Origin: Octopus vulgaris
Lineage: Eukaryota
Length of the DNA stretch: 64,000 nucleotides
NCBI GenBank assembly: GCA_951406725.2
Contig: OX597835.1
Coordinates: 40,486,001 to 40,550,000, forward strand
Direction of reading: 5' to 3'
Below the pieces are notes generated by a model. The model searched no databases, was not told the origin of the DNA, and worked only from the letters and a program-made list of their open reading frames with translations. The position numbers and the translations under genes were made by a program. The number at the start of each line of letters is the position of its first letter. The stretch's first letter is position 1. Shown one piece after another: positions 1-12,680 of the stretch.

Positions 1-358
1 GACACTCTGCCAGATCAAGATTGGAGCCTGGTGCAGCCATCTGGTTCACCAGTCCTCAGTCAAATCGTCCAACCCATGCTAGCATGGAAAGCGGACGTTA
101 AACGATGATGATGATGAGTACTGGGGTTGATGTGATTGATTTATCCCTCCTCCTCCTCAAACTTGCTGGCCTTGTGCCAAAATTTTAAATCATTATTATT
201 ATTATTTGGACAGGAGATTGGCACAGTTGTTGGAGCATCAGACTAATTGCTAATGATTTTTGTTCTGGTATTTTACATTCCGAATTCAAATCCTGCTTAA
301 ATCAACTTTGCCTTTCGTCTAGGGTCATTAAAAATAAAGGACCAATTAACTACTGGTA

Positions 359-858
359 TTGAGCAGGGTCTGGAAGAGTAGAGACATCAGACTCGCTACC
401 AAATGCAGATTGGTGAATGCAATTGTCTTCCCAATAACAACATATGGATGCGAGACCTGGACACAAAATAAAGCTGACCAGAAGAGAATTAATGCATTCG
501 AGCTTTGGTGTTGGAGAAGACTTTTATGGATTCCATGGACAGCAAGGCTCACCAATGGAGAAGTTCTTAAGCAGATAAGGCTGAAAATGTCGCTAGAAGC
601 TAGGATCACCAAACGTAGATTGGCATATTTCGGTCATGTTATGCGGAGAAAATCTCTGGAGAAGGACATCATGCTCGGAATGGTCAGTGGCAAGAGAGGA
701 AGAGGCCGACCAAGAACCCGCTGGCTTGACACCATCAAGAGTGATACCGGAATGGACATAGCCAATCTGAAAGAAGCGGCCCAGGATAGAACTGACTGGA
801 GGACACTGATCCATCGAGTAACCGAGAGTCGACTTTGACTGAGTTGATAGATAGATAG
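359..858 (+). mobile_element. RTE-clade LINE, 5'-truncated 3' end
   Basis: ORF with YGCETWT, AFELWCWRRLL, YFGHVMR and GKRGRGRPRTRWLD, followed by a (GATA)n tail. Confidence 0.85.
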
Positions 859-946
859 GTAGTTGATCTAATTATACCCATCACCTCAAATTTTCAGCCT
901 CAGCTGTGTTAAAAATTATTATCTGCATGCCATTCTTGTATTTCAG

Positions 947-1147
947 GTTTCCAAAATCAGTGAAAATGGGGAGAACTGCCCACCATCACCATCTCTGTCT
1001 GAAGACCAACGTGCCAAAATTGAACAGAATCGGTTAGAAGCCCTTGCTAAACGCCAAAAGAGTATCTCAGATGGTTTGTTGGTGGATGTTGGTGATTCCT
1101 GGTTGAAACTTCTGGAACCAGAAACTAAAAAAGATTATTTTCAATCG
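947..1147 (+). CDS. UNG: Uracil-DNA glycosylase, first coding exon visible in the window (internal exon; true N-terminus lies upstream)
   Basis: tttcag acceptor, gtatta donor, 201 nt. Translates VSKISENGENCPPSPSLSEDQRAKIEQNRLEALAKRQKSISDGLLVDVGDSWLKLLEPETKKDYFQS, matching the human UNG RPA-binding helix and GESWKKHL region. Confidence 0.9.
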
Positions 1148-1333
1148 GTATTATTTATTTATTATTATGAGTTTTTTTTCTTTCAATTTTTCTCTGCTCC
1201 TTTCTCCTAGCCAATTAATTGTTCATGTCTTCCCAACACCTAGGGCAAAAAAAAAAAAAACCTCACTGTATACATTAATAGGCCAAAGTCAAATAAAGTT
1301 TTGTAGAAAGAAGAAAAAAATTATCTATATAAT

Positions 1334-1497
1334 AGGCGCAGGAGTGGCTGTGTGGTAAGAAGCTTGCTTACCAACCACATGGTTCCGAGTTCAGTCCCAC
1401 TGCGTGGCACCTTGGGCAAGTGTCTTCTACTCTAGCCTTAGGCCGACTAAAGCCTTGTGAGTGGATTTGGTAGACGGAAACTGAAAGAAGCCCGTCG

Positions 1498-1553
<56 letters not shown>

Positions 1554-1769
1554 CATACATACACACACACACACACATGTATGTGTTCCCCCAACATTGC
1601 TTGACAACTGGTGCTGGTGTATTTACATCCCCGTAACTTAGCGGTTTGGCAAAAGAGACCGATAGAATAAGTACTAGGCTTACTAAGAATAAGTCCTGGG
1701 GGTCGATTTGCTCGACTAAAGGCAGTGCTCCAGCATGGCCACAGTCAAACGACTGAAACAAGCAAAACA
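1334..1769 (+). mobile_element. tRNA-derived SINE family A (about 400-450 bp, internal TA/TG microsatellite)
   Basis: A-box-like tggctgtgtgg, B-box-like ggttcagtccc, ccttgggcaag core, gtaaaaga tail. Further copies near 4368-4743, 14545-14911(-), 27207-27570, 27811-28168, 37261-38173, 39561-39970, 40146-40470, 40747-41168(-), 45260-45677(-), 48213-48626(-), 49671-50095 and 59837-60248(-). Confidence 0.85.
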
Positions 1770-1778
1770 GTATATAGG

Positions 1779-2190
1779 TTATCGTTCCCACAGTGACTGG
1801 CTCTTCTCAATACATGTGACCAACCAGTTAAGACAATCTTTTGTACTTCTTGCAGGAATCATTCTCAAAAAATTTCCTTTTTTGGTCATTCCTATTGGTC
1901 CTGCAATCACTGATATTGAAATTGCCTTGAGATGCCACTGTTTTTTTTTGTTTTCTTTCATTGAACAAATCTTTATATTTTCTGAACTCATCAAATTTGC
2001 TGAGATACGACCACAAGGAATGCATTTGTCAAACAATAAACGGACTTTAATGTTTTGGTCTTTCACAGCAACATCTGGTTTATTAGCTTTGGTGATTCTG
2101 TCAGTATCTACAGGAAAGTTCCAAAGAATTGTATCTTTTCCCAACATATTAACCAGTGTTAATGTCATGAATTGATTTATATCCAACTGG
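1779..2190 (-). mobile_element. R4/Dong-like (RLE-type) non-LTR retrotransposon relic
   Basis: ILWNFPVDTDRITKANKPDVAVKD...VIAGPIG, resembling the restriction-like endonuclease region. Confidence 0.55.
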
Positions 2191-2313
2191 TGCTAAAACT
2201 TCACATCCAGAGATTAAGTGGTCCACTGTTTTAATTTCATCGTTGCAAAATTGGCATTTTGGATCTACTCTATTTTTCAAGACATTGGCTTGGTAGTTCA
2301 GGGTCAGTAAGCT

Positions 2314-2766
2314 TTAACCCTTTCGTTCCTATATTTATTTTGAGATGCTCCGTGTTTCTTTCAATTACTTTAACCCTTTCGTTACCAACCCGGCTGAAAC
2401 TGGCTCTGGCTCTGAGTACAAATGTCTTGTTTTCATAAGTTCTGAATTAAAATCTTCCAGCAAACCTTAGTCACAATTTATGTTCCTAACAGTAGCTAAA
2501 TGATAACTAAGTTATTTTACGAAATTCTTTGTAATATTTAAAGTAATTGAAAGAAACACAGAGCATTTCAAAAGAAATACAGTAACAAAAGGGTTAAATA
2601 TAACAAAGAATTAAGTAAAATAACTTAGTTATCATTAAGCTAGTGTTAGGAACATAAATTGTGACTAAGGTTTGGTGAGAGATTTTAATTCCAAACTTAT
2701 GAAAACAAGACATTTGTACTACAGAGCCAGAGCCAGTTTCAGCCGAGTTGGTTACAAAAGGGTTAA
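2314..2766. mobile_element. piggyBac-type MITE with a second copy nested in inverted orientation (2370-2597)
   Basis: TTAA|CCCTTT...AAAGGG|TTAA termini; the inner copy is flanked by duplicated TTAA. Other copies at 3117-3339, 24959-25186, 33907-34135 and 45148-45812. Confidence 0.8.
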
Positions 2767-5277
2767 TGTTGAGCAGTTAAGATAAAGCCACTACCCTCTG
2801 CCTTTAGCCCCTGAGCTTTGTAGCCATTGATAGGTGTGCTTCTGGTTACATCGGCTTGGTTGTTACAAGCCACATATTTGTCATGCAGAGGTTTCCGCTC
2901 CTTTCTCCGAGCCAATTAATTGTTTGTGTGCTTTTCTCTTTGCCATTAATTTTACCTTCTTTGCAACAGCAGTTGCCACACTTCTCTCAGATTGTTCAGT
3001 CTTGGTGTCCATTCATGAAGTCAGTAGCAAATTTTTTGTTTTTCAATATAGACTGAAGCTTCTTATGCCTCTTAGGATTTTCAATGAGTTTCAACCAGCA
3101 TCCAGTCGTTTATTGCTTAACCCTTTCATTACCGTATTTATTTTGAGATGTTCTGTGTTTCTTTCAATTACTTTAAATATAACAAAGAATTTAGTAAAAT
3201 AACTTAGTTATCATTCAGCTAGTGTTAGGAACTTAAATTGTAACTAAGGTTTGGTGGAAGATTTTAATTGAAACCTTAAGAAAACAAGACATTTGTACAA
3301 CAGAGCCGGTTTCAGCCGGGTTGGTAACAAAAGGGTTAAAGATATTTGGCTTGTCCAATTGCGGTGGTTTTGTAAGAAAGTTCAAACTGGATCAAGCCTC
3401 AACCTCCTTGGACTCTGTGAAGGCAAAGATGATCCACATCTGCATTTGGGTGGTGCATCTTATTAGAAGTCAACAGCTTATGAATTTCTCTCTCGATTTT
3501 CTTTATTTCACTGATATTCCAGTTCCAACACATTGCAGTTATGAGTAACAACTGGAACTGCTAAGAAATTTATGGCTAACACCTTATTATGTGCATTTAG
3601 CCTAGATTTCAGAACTATTCACACCCTCCTATAACAGTCTTAATCTTCTCTTTCATGGTCAGTGCCAGAACCTTCATTTATTCCTTTTTATTTATAAGCT
3701 TGTTCCTACTCAAAATCGTTAGCATACTGGGCAAAATGCTCAGTGGCATTTCATCAGCCTTTATGGCCCAGTGGTTAGGGCAGTGAACTCGCGGTCAGAG
3801 GATTGTGGTTTTGAATCTCAGACCGGGCATTGTGTGTGTTTATTGAGCGAAAACACCTAAAAGCCCCATGAGGCTCCGGCAGAGGTTGGTCATGACCCCT
3901 GTTGTACTCTTTTGCCACAACTTTCTCTCAGTCTCTCTTCCTGTTTCTTGAGTAACGCTGCAATGGACTGGCATCCTGTCCAGCTCGGGGGAACACTTAT
4001 GCCACAGAAACCGGGAAACCGGGCCCATGAGCCTGGCTAGGCTTGAAAAGGGCAATGTTTATCATTTTTTTTTATGTCCCAAGTTTAAATCCCACTGGGG
4101 TTGATTTCACCATTTCCATCCTTTCTGAGTCAATAAAAAAAGATACCAGTTGAGTACTGGGGTCGATGGAAACTTAGCCCTTCCCTCAAAAGTGATGGCC
4201 TTGTGCCAAAATTTGAAACTATTATTATTAACTTTTAATATCCTGTTAAAAACTTTTTCATTCAAAAGCTCAGCTCTGTAAATGATTGAGCAGAAAATAA
4301 TTAAAACTGGGCATGTTTATTCAAATGCATATTCAACCACATGGTTCCGGGTTCCGTCCCACTGTGTAGGTGCAGGAGTGGCTGTGTGGTATGTAGCTTG
4401 CTAACCAACCACATGGTTCCGGGTTCAATCCCACTGCATGGCATCTTGGGCATGTGTCTTCTGCTATAGCCCCGGGCCAACCAATGCCTTGTGAGTGGAT
4501 TTGGTAGACAGAAACTGAAAGAAGCCTGTCGTATATGTGTGTGTGTGTGTTTGTCCCCCTAGTATTGCTTGACAACCGATGCTGGTGTGTTTACGTCCCC
4601 GTCACTTAGCGGTTTGGCAAAAGAGACCGATAGAATAGGTACTGGGCTTACAAAGAATAAGTCCCGGGGTCGATTTGCTTGACTAAAGGCGGTGCTCCAG
4701 CATGGCCGCAGTCAAATGACTGAAACAAGTAAAAGAGAGAGAGTATTTGTTGTGAGATTATTTTGAAAATCAGTGGCATTGCAGAAAAGACTTATCTCCC
4801 TTTTTAATACGAGAAGTCATTTGTGCTAAAAATAATATAAAGCAATTGGTGAAGGTACATGGCTCAGTGGTTAGAGAACCAGACTCACATTCATGGGTTA
4901 GTGAGTTCGATTCCCAGACAGGGCTGTGTGTTGTGTTCTTGAGCAAGACACTTTATTCATGTTGCTCTGATTCACTCATCTGTAGAAAGGAATTGTGATG
5001 TCACTTGTGCCAAGCTGCACAGGTTTTTGCCTTTCCCTTGGATTACATTGGTGATGTCGAGAGGGGAGGCTGGTATGCATGGATGACTGCTGGTCTTCCA
5101 TAAACCACCTTGCCCAGCCTTGTGCCTCAGAGGGTTAATTTCTGGGTGCAATCCCATGGTTATTCATGACCGAAGGGTGTCTTTACCCTTTATTGGTGTT
5201 AGGAAGGGCATCCAGTCATAGAAACTTTGCCAAAGTAGGAATTGGAGACGAAAACATACCAGCAAGGGAAACAGATA

Positions 5278-5823
5278 TTAACCCTTCAGCGCTTAAATAG
5301 GCCAGATCCAGCCTCTCACACTTATCCTGCAATGTCATTCTATAAATAAACAATCACATCATCAAAATCTCTTAGCTACAAGATAACACATGATTAATTC
5401 AAAACAATATAAATAAAACTATTGCAGCGTGGAAGGTGTTTGTAAGCCATTTAAGAAACACACAAAACTGTTAGATTCACTTCAACATATAAATTTAATT
5501 TGTCAAAATATTTTCATTGCTTTGAGTCCGCAACCTGTTCACTGACAAAACTGAGATGCAGCACAAAGTTTTGTCAGTGAACAGGTTGCGGTCTGAAAGC
5601 GATGAAAATATTTTGACAAATTAAATTTAAATGTTGAAGTGAATCTAACGGCTTTTGTGTGTTTCTTAAATGGCTTATAAACACCTTCCATGCTGCAATT
5701 GTTTTCGTTCAAGCACACGATCTTAGATCAAGTCACTCGCTATGCAAGTACATCTCCGTAATAAATATAAATAAATGAATAAGAATTCCATTTCACTGAA
5801 TAATCTGAATGTTAAATGGTTAA
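5278..5823. mobile_element. Second TTAA MITE family, interrupted by the hammerhead palindrome
   Basis: ttaacccttcagc...taatctgaatgttaaatggttaa; related copies near 10825-11036, 11212-12458 (split by a LINE) and 32620-32842. Confidence 0.6.
5570..5620 (+). ncRNA. Type I hammerhead-like ribozyme with G3-C8 core variant (mirror copy on - at 5499-5549)
   Basis: Stem I TTTGTCA/TGACAAA, core GTGAACA, stem II GTTGC/GCGAT, GAAA, palindromic stem III AATATT. Confidence 0.55.
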
Positions 5824-5936
5824 ATGATATTTTTTTTTTTTGAAGATGCTGATGAAGAATGTTATGGCCATTATATTATTTTATATTTTGTATTGCTAAA
5901 AGGTTTTATCTTTCCATCACTTTTATTGTAAAACAG

Positions 5937-6032
5937 CTGTCAAAGTTTGTTGCTGCCGAGAGAAACAAGCACACCATCTACCCTCCAGCCAACGAAGTGT
6001 TTTCATGGACTCAGTTGTGTCCCCTTAAAGAT
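5937..6032 (+). CDS. UNG: UNG exon (96 nt)
   Basis: aaacag/gtaagt; LSKFVAAERNKHTIYPPANEVFSWTQLCPLKD. Confidence 0.95.
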
Positions 6033-6537
6033 GTAAGTTAAACCCTCTTCACTCCTCCTCCCCAATCCCTCCTCCTCCCTCTCTTTAATGGTGTCTTTCA
6101 GACAACACTTATATAGAGTTGGTCCTTCTTAAAATTCCGCCGAGGTCGATTTTACCTTTCATCCTTTCGGGGTCGATAAATAAAGTACCAGTTATGCACT
6201 GGGGTCGATGTAATCGACTTAATCCGTTTGTCTGTCCTTGTTTGTCCCCTCTGTGTTTAGACCCTTGTGAGCAGTAAAGAAATATATATCATCATCATTT
6301 AGCGTCCACTTTCCTTGCTCGCATGGGTTGGATGGTTCAACTGGGGTCTGGGAAGCCAGAAGGCTGCACTAGGCCCAGTCTGATCTGGCAGAGTTTCTAC
6401 GGCAGGATGCCTTTCCTAATGCCAACCACTCCGTGAGTGTAGTGGGTGCTTTTTACGTACCAGGCATGGCTGGCGAACGGCCACGGTTGGATAGTGCTTT
6501 TTACGTGTGAGGCGAGGCTGGCAACGGCCACGATCGG

Positions 6538-6880
6538 ATGTTAAGAATGGCACTCAATGTCTCCTGGAAGAGTCATACAACAAATGCTGACTTGTACCAG
6601 GGACTACCAAAAGTAACATTGAAGACACAGCATAGAAGGATGAGGCTAGCTGGACACTGCGTCAGACACACTGATGAAATTGCTAACAAGCTGGTGCTCT
6701 GGCAGCCAACAAGAAGGAAGAACCAAGAGAGGAAGACAACCTATATCGACAACTTGCTGGAGGTTACTAGTATGGAAGGGGTACAAGAGCTGAGGACCAT
6801 TATAGAAGATCGAGATGAATGGGGAAAAACGTGTGGAAACAGTCTTGGGGGTATCCTATGGGATGACCTAGATGAGATGA
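6538..6880 (+). mobile_element. RTE-like LINE fragment
   Basis: MLRMALNVSWK...RMRLAGHCVRH...LVLWQP, a typical post-RT region of RTE LINEs. Confidence 0.7.
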
Positions 6881-7148
6881 GATTCTGTTCTGGTTCATTT
6901 AGAAAAAGAAAATTTTATTTCATGGTTTATTTTTGTTTATATTTTGAATTACATGTGTGTGTGTGTGTGTGTGTGGGCACCAAAATGTTCTAGGTGCTTA
7001 GGGCCTGTATAGGTCTTGATTTGGCCCTGCCCACCCCTTCCGAAAGACTAAAAATTGTACAAGTACAGCAGTGATTTTCTGGATGACTGGCTTTCCAAAC
7101 CAAGTACAGTCACCTTGGACATCATGCTTTAAACAAATATTAAATTTA

Positions 7149-7672
7149 CTTAAATATGAAATGTAGGTACCTTAAATACAATATGCAGGTACCTTAGACA
7201 TGACACGCAGGTACCTTAGACACGACACGCAGGTACCTTATACATGGCACGCAGGTACCTTAGACACATCATGCAGGTACCTTAGACACGTCGCGCAGGT
7301 ACCTTAGACACGTCGCGCAGGTACCTTAGACACGGCACACAGGTACCTTAGACACGGCACGCAGGTACCTTAGACACGACACGCAGGTACCTTATACATG
7401 GCACGCAGGTACCTTAGACACGTCACGCGGGTACCTTAGACACGGCGCGCGGGTACCTTATACATGGCACGCAGGTACCTTAGACACGTCATGCAGGTAC
7501 CTTAGACACGTCACGCAGGTACCTTATACACGGCACGCGGGTACCTTAGACACGGCACGCGGGTACCTTAGACACGGCACGCGGGTACCTTAGACACGGC
7601 ACGCGGGTACCTTAGACACGGCGCGCGGGTACCTTAGACACAACACGCAGGTACCTTAAATATGAAATGCAG
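7149..7672. repeat. 22-bp minisatellite (about 23 GGTACC cores)
   Basis: GGTACC recurs every 22 nt from about 7165 to 7649; consensus close to GCAGGTACCTTAGACACGGCAC. Confidence 0.95.
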
Positions 7673-7919
7673 ATAGCAGTACATAAATATAAATATTACA
7701 AGTTTATTAATGCTGTCCTGTGCAAGATACTGTTAAACAGGGATGCCCAGTTAACTAGTCTGCTGGCCATGGGAGTTTGAAGTCCCAGCTTGTAAATTAT
7801 AAGAGGTTCTGGGCCATCTGTGTCTGAAAAGTCAGTGTTGCACCTGTATTTGCTTGAGTAAATATGATGAGTTGTAAAATTCTTTAAAGAAACTCTTTGA
7901 GTTCCATTTCTATTTTCAG

Positions 7920-7974
7920 ATTAAAGTAATCATTGTGGGACAAGACCCTTACCATGGCAAGAACCAAGCTCATG
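7920..7974 (+). CDS. UNG: UNG exon (55 nt) with catalytic water-activating loop
   Basis: tttcag/gtaaga; IKVIIVGQDPYHGKNQAH(G), containing the GQDPYH motif. Confidence 0.96.
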
Positions 7975-8872
7975 GTAAGACAAATGTTTATCATCACATT
8001 AACGATGTTTACTGTAGTTATTATTTATCCTAAGTCAGTTTTGAAATAAATCTTGCATTAAAAAGGGATTTCCCATCTTGGCAGATACTGGTCTCCCACT
8101 TCCCCTCATCGTTTAGCGTCCGCTTTCCATGCTAGCATGGGTTGGATGGTTCAACTGGAGTCTGGGAAGCCAGAAGGCTGCACCAGGCTCCAGTCTGATC
8201 TGGCAATGTTTCTACGGCTGGATGCCCTTCCTAACGCCAACCACTCCGTGAGTGTAGTGGGTGCTTTTTACGTGCCACTGGCACAGGTGCCAGACGAGGC
8301 TGGCAAACAGCCACAATCGGATGGTGCTTTTTACGTGCCACTGGCATGGGGGCCAAGGCGAGGCTGGCACGTGGTGGGTGTATTTAAGGATTGAGATGGG
8401 GACAGCTAAGTGGCTATCATTTTCATTGTTTTAATATCTACTTTTTCATGCTTGCTTGCATAGGGTAGATTGAATTTGTTGAGGTAGTCTTATGGCTGGA
8501 TAACCTTCCTAGTGTCAACCGTCGCCTGTTTCCAAACATCGTATTTCCCCATGGTTGGGCATGCTTCCATGGAAGATCAGAAACAAAGGACACTGCTTGT
8601 GTGACAGGGACATTCGTTTACAACCATCATACAATGTCAAGGCATCACACACCCACATCGTTGTCATGAGCATTTAACATCCACTTTTCCGGCTTCTTTC
8701 AGTTTCCGTCTACCAAATCTAAGGTTTGAATTGGACTGGAACTATTGTAGAAGATACTTGCCAAAGGTACCACACAGTGGGACTGAACCTAAAACCATAT
8801 GATTGAGAAGTAAGCTTCTAAACCACACAGCCATGTCTTTGTTCTCTCTCTCTCACTCTCACCCCTCTTCCC

Positions 8873-8925
<53 letters not shown>

Positions 8926-8928
<3 letters not shown>

Positions 8929-9222
8929 GAGGCGCAATGGCCCAGTGGTTAGGGCAGTGGACTCGCGGTCGTAGGATCGCGGTTTCGATCCCCAGACAGG
9001 GCGTTGTGAGTGTTTATTGAGCGCAAACACCTAAAAGCTCCACGAGGCTCCGGCAGGGGGTGGTGATCCCTGCTGTACTCTTTCACCACTCTTTCTCCCA
9101 CTCTTTCTTCTGTTGGCCTGCTCGCTTAGACAGTGGGGTGGCGTCATTCGAAAGCTAAAACAATGCGAACGCATTGTGACCAGCGATGTGTAACTACATC
9201 TGATGGACTGGTCAGTCACGTG
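8926..9222 (+). mobile_element. tRNA-derived SINE family C
   Basis: gtggaggcgcaatggcccagtggttaggg...ggtttcgatccc head; related copies near 3763, 4850, 15631, 22207, 30210 and 31471. Confidence 0.75.
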
Positions 9223-9484
9223 ATATATATATCATCATCATCATCATTTAGCGTCCGCTCTCCATGCTAGCATGGGTTGGACGGTTCAACTGGGGTCTGT
9301 GAAGCTGGAAGGCTTCATCAGGCCCAGTCAGATCTGGCAGTGTTTCTACGGCTGGATGCCCTTCCTAACGCCAACCACTCCGTGAGTGTAGTGGGTGCTT
9401 TTTACGTGCCACCTGCACAGGTGCCAGACAGAGCTGGCAAACGGCCACGAACGGATGGTGCTTTTACGTGTCACCTAATATATA

Positions 9485-10370
9485 TTAGGTCATCCCATAG
9501 ATAGTGTGGCTTTTTCAATAAGTCAGCGGGGGATGGGATAAACTACCTGCATCAACTTGCTATAAAAGCAGGTAGTAATTTACCTTGTATTTATTCTTAG
9601 TGTAAGTTTTTAAGAGTGCAGTTCAATTTTAACATTTTTTTTCCAAGCTATAATGGAAGTGACAAACAAGTATTTTCGGCATGTTTTACTTTATAAGTTC
9701 AATAAAGACAACAACACAACAGAAAGTGTGAGAAATATTAAATGCAGTGTATGGGGATCGGATGATAAGCATTAGCCAGTGTCAACAGTAGTTTCAGAAA
9801 TTCCGAGCTGGAAACTACAGCCTAGAAGATGAGCGTCGTCCTGAAAGATCTCTAGAGTTTGACAAGGACATCCTGCAAACTCTGGAACAAAATTCCATCG
9901 TAAGTATTGAGGACTGAGCAGAGAAGCTTGGATTTGGTCGTTCAACCTTTCGTTGACACCTGCGTGCCATCAGAAAAGTCAGCAAATTTGGTCACTGGTT
10001 TCCTCAAACTTTCCAAGAGTGAATGTGTGTTCTTCTTTGCTGTCATGTCTCACAAATGAACCTTTTTTGCCCCACTCACCACATTCGCCAGACATTGTCC
10101 CATGTTATCATTTATTCCGTAGTCTTCAAAATCATTTGGACGGAAGAAATATGAATCCTGTAGACGAGGTCTGAATAGTACTGAAGGAGTATTTTTCGTC
10201 ACAGATTAGTGAATTTTAGAAGAGGGGCCTTGCAAGTCTACCAGATAAATGGAAGAGCATTGTAGAAAATTAAGGAGAATATATTCCAGATTAAAAAAGG
10301 ACTTTGTTTATCTTAATTTTGAAAAATAAAATAAATATAAAAAAGCTGCATTATTTATGGGATGGTCCAA
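9485..10370 (+). mobile_element. Decayed mariner transposon with internal deletions
   Basis: Imperfect TIRs ttaggtcatcccatagatagtg / cattatttatgggatggtccaa; transposase remnants FQKFRAGNYSLEDERRP and HSPDIVPCYHLFRSLQNHL (YSPDL-like motif). Confidence 0.8.
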
Positions 10371-11419
10371 TGTATCAAATGTACAGAAAACAAAAGACAG
10401 ACAGGTGAGGAAACAACAAACAGGTGTATTAGTTTGTTGCTTGGGAAGAATGGAAAAGTTTTTGACATTTTGAAATACTCTTTGACAGAAAGAGATGAGA
10501 GGGAAAAATGGGGAGAAAGATTATGTGTTGGGATTAACAGTTTAAGTGACTGGAAGAAAAAGGCTAAGCACACGCACACACACACTGGCTTCTTTCAGTT
10601 TCCGTCTACCAGATTTACTCAACAGGCCTTCATTGGCCTGGAGCTTTGGTAGAAGACACTTGTTCATGGTGTAACAATGGGGCTGAATGCAAAACTATAT
10701 TGTTGGGAAGCACATTTCTTCACCATAAAATCAACCTTATTCAATCAGAATGATTTTAATTATTTTTAACGAATCCAACTCATTAAGTTAATTATAATGT
10801 TACAATCTTTATTTTGTTTTCTCATTAACCCATAAGCATTTGAACCAGCCATGCCTGGCCAAAAATATTCTATTTTATGCTCCTGGCCTCTCACACCAAC
10901 CCTACAACATCATTCTAAAAGTTATGTTAGCTCATCAAAATCTCAAAGCTACAAAGATAATACGGGATTAATTCAAAAACAATGTGAATAAGTAAGCATT
11001 TCATTTGACAGAGGAATCTGAATGCTAAAGAATTAATGGGGTTGGGGGCAGGGGCTATATCATTTCATCAATATCTAATGGGATGTAACGGATCCTGACG
11101 TTTCCATGTTAAGACTCACTACTTTAGATAATCTTGTGGCATCCACATTCTAACACTTAGAGTACCTTGAAAATATTTACAACTAAGAATCTAGTTGTCT
11201 TCCAATTATTTTTAACCCTTAAGCATTTAAATCAGTCATGTCTGACCCAAATATTCTATGTTTTATGTTCAAACTAGCTGGACCTAGCCTCTCAGGTTTC
11301 TTCCTATAATGTGATTCTAAAAGTAAATAATATCATTGAAATCTCAAAGCCACAACATGATGCACGATTAATTTAAAGCAATGTGAATAAATAAGCATTA
11401 CATTTGACAGATGGTCTAC

Positions 11420-12140
11420 TAGGTGGTCAGGTGGACAGAAACTTCACAGTGAGTGGGCTTGAGGATCAGCCAGGAAAAGACAAAAGTGCTGTGCATCAAC
11501 AACAAGCAGGAAGAGCCAATCACAATCGAGGTGACACCTGTAGAGGACGTTAGTGAGTTTGTCTATCTTGGCAGCAAGATCAGAAAATCAGGTGGATCAG
11601 ACGAGGACATCACGGCAAGAAGGCTTGGCAAGCCTTCGCTATTCTTCGGCCGGTATGGAAGTCCACTGCCATCTCAACTCTGCTTATTTAGTTCAGACGT
11701 AAAATCTGTGCTTTTGTATGGCTCTGAAACATGGAGAGCCACCTGCAACAACTACAAGAAGATCCAGACCTTCATCAACAAATGTCTCCAGCAGATCCTC
11801 CATCTGAAGTGGTTCAACAGAGTGCCAAACACCGACCTGAGGGAAAGGACCAACCAGGAACACATACTTATTCAGATTAGACAAAGGAAATGGATCGGAC
11901 ACACACTGTGGAAAGAACCCTCAAATGTGACACGACAAGCACTTGACTGGAACCAGCAGGGGAAAAGGAATCGAGGACGCCCAAAGCAGACATGGAAGAG
12001 GAGCATTTTGGATGAGCTCAGGACCACCGGCCTGACATGGGAAGCAGCCAAGAATCATGCCAATGACCGCAAAAAGTTGAAAACAACTGTTGAGGCTCTA
12101 TGCTCCATAAGAGGCAAAAGGATTAAGAAGAGAAGACATA
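11420..12140 (+). mobile_element. RTE-like LINE fragment (RT C-terminal half)
   Basis: GLRISQEKTKV, FVYLGS, SVLLYGSETW, WIGHTL, GKRNRGRPKQTW; frameshifted. Confidence 0.8.
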
Positions 12141-12680
12141 ATAATCATCATCATCGTTTAGCGTCCGCTTCCCATGCTAGCATGGGTTGGACGGTTCAAC
12201 TAGGGTCTGGGAAGCCAGCAGGCTGCGCCAGGCCCAGTCTGATCTGGCAGTGTTTCTACAGCTGGATGTCCTTCCTAACGCCAACCACTCCGTGAGTGTA
12301 GTGGGTGCTTTTTACGTGCCACCTGCACAGGTGTCAGACGAGGCTGGCAACGGCCACAATCGGATGGTGCTTTTTTTTACGTGCCACCGGCACGGAGGCC
12401 AGTCAGAGCGGCGCTGGCAACGGCCACGTTCGGATGGTTCTGAATGCTAAAGGGTTAAACTAGCCATATCCAACCCCAAAATTCTATCTTATGTTTGAAC
12501 CTGTCAGATTCAATCTCTCACACCTACCCTTCAATGTCATTCTGAAAATAAACAATCACATCATTGAAATTTCAAAGCTATAAGTTAATACAGGATTAAT
12601 TCAAAATAATTTAAATATATAAGCTTTACATTTGACAGAATGCTAAAAGTTTAATCATTTTTGATTTTTTTATCTATATA

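Noticed and set aside
7149-7672. CRISPR-like array (palindromic repeat with variable intervening bases)
   Set aside because: The period is only 22 nt, the 'spacers' are variants of one another, there are no cas genes, and it lies in a eukaryotic intron. It is a minisatellite.
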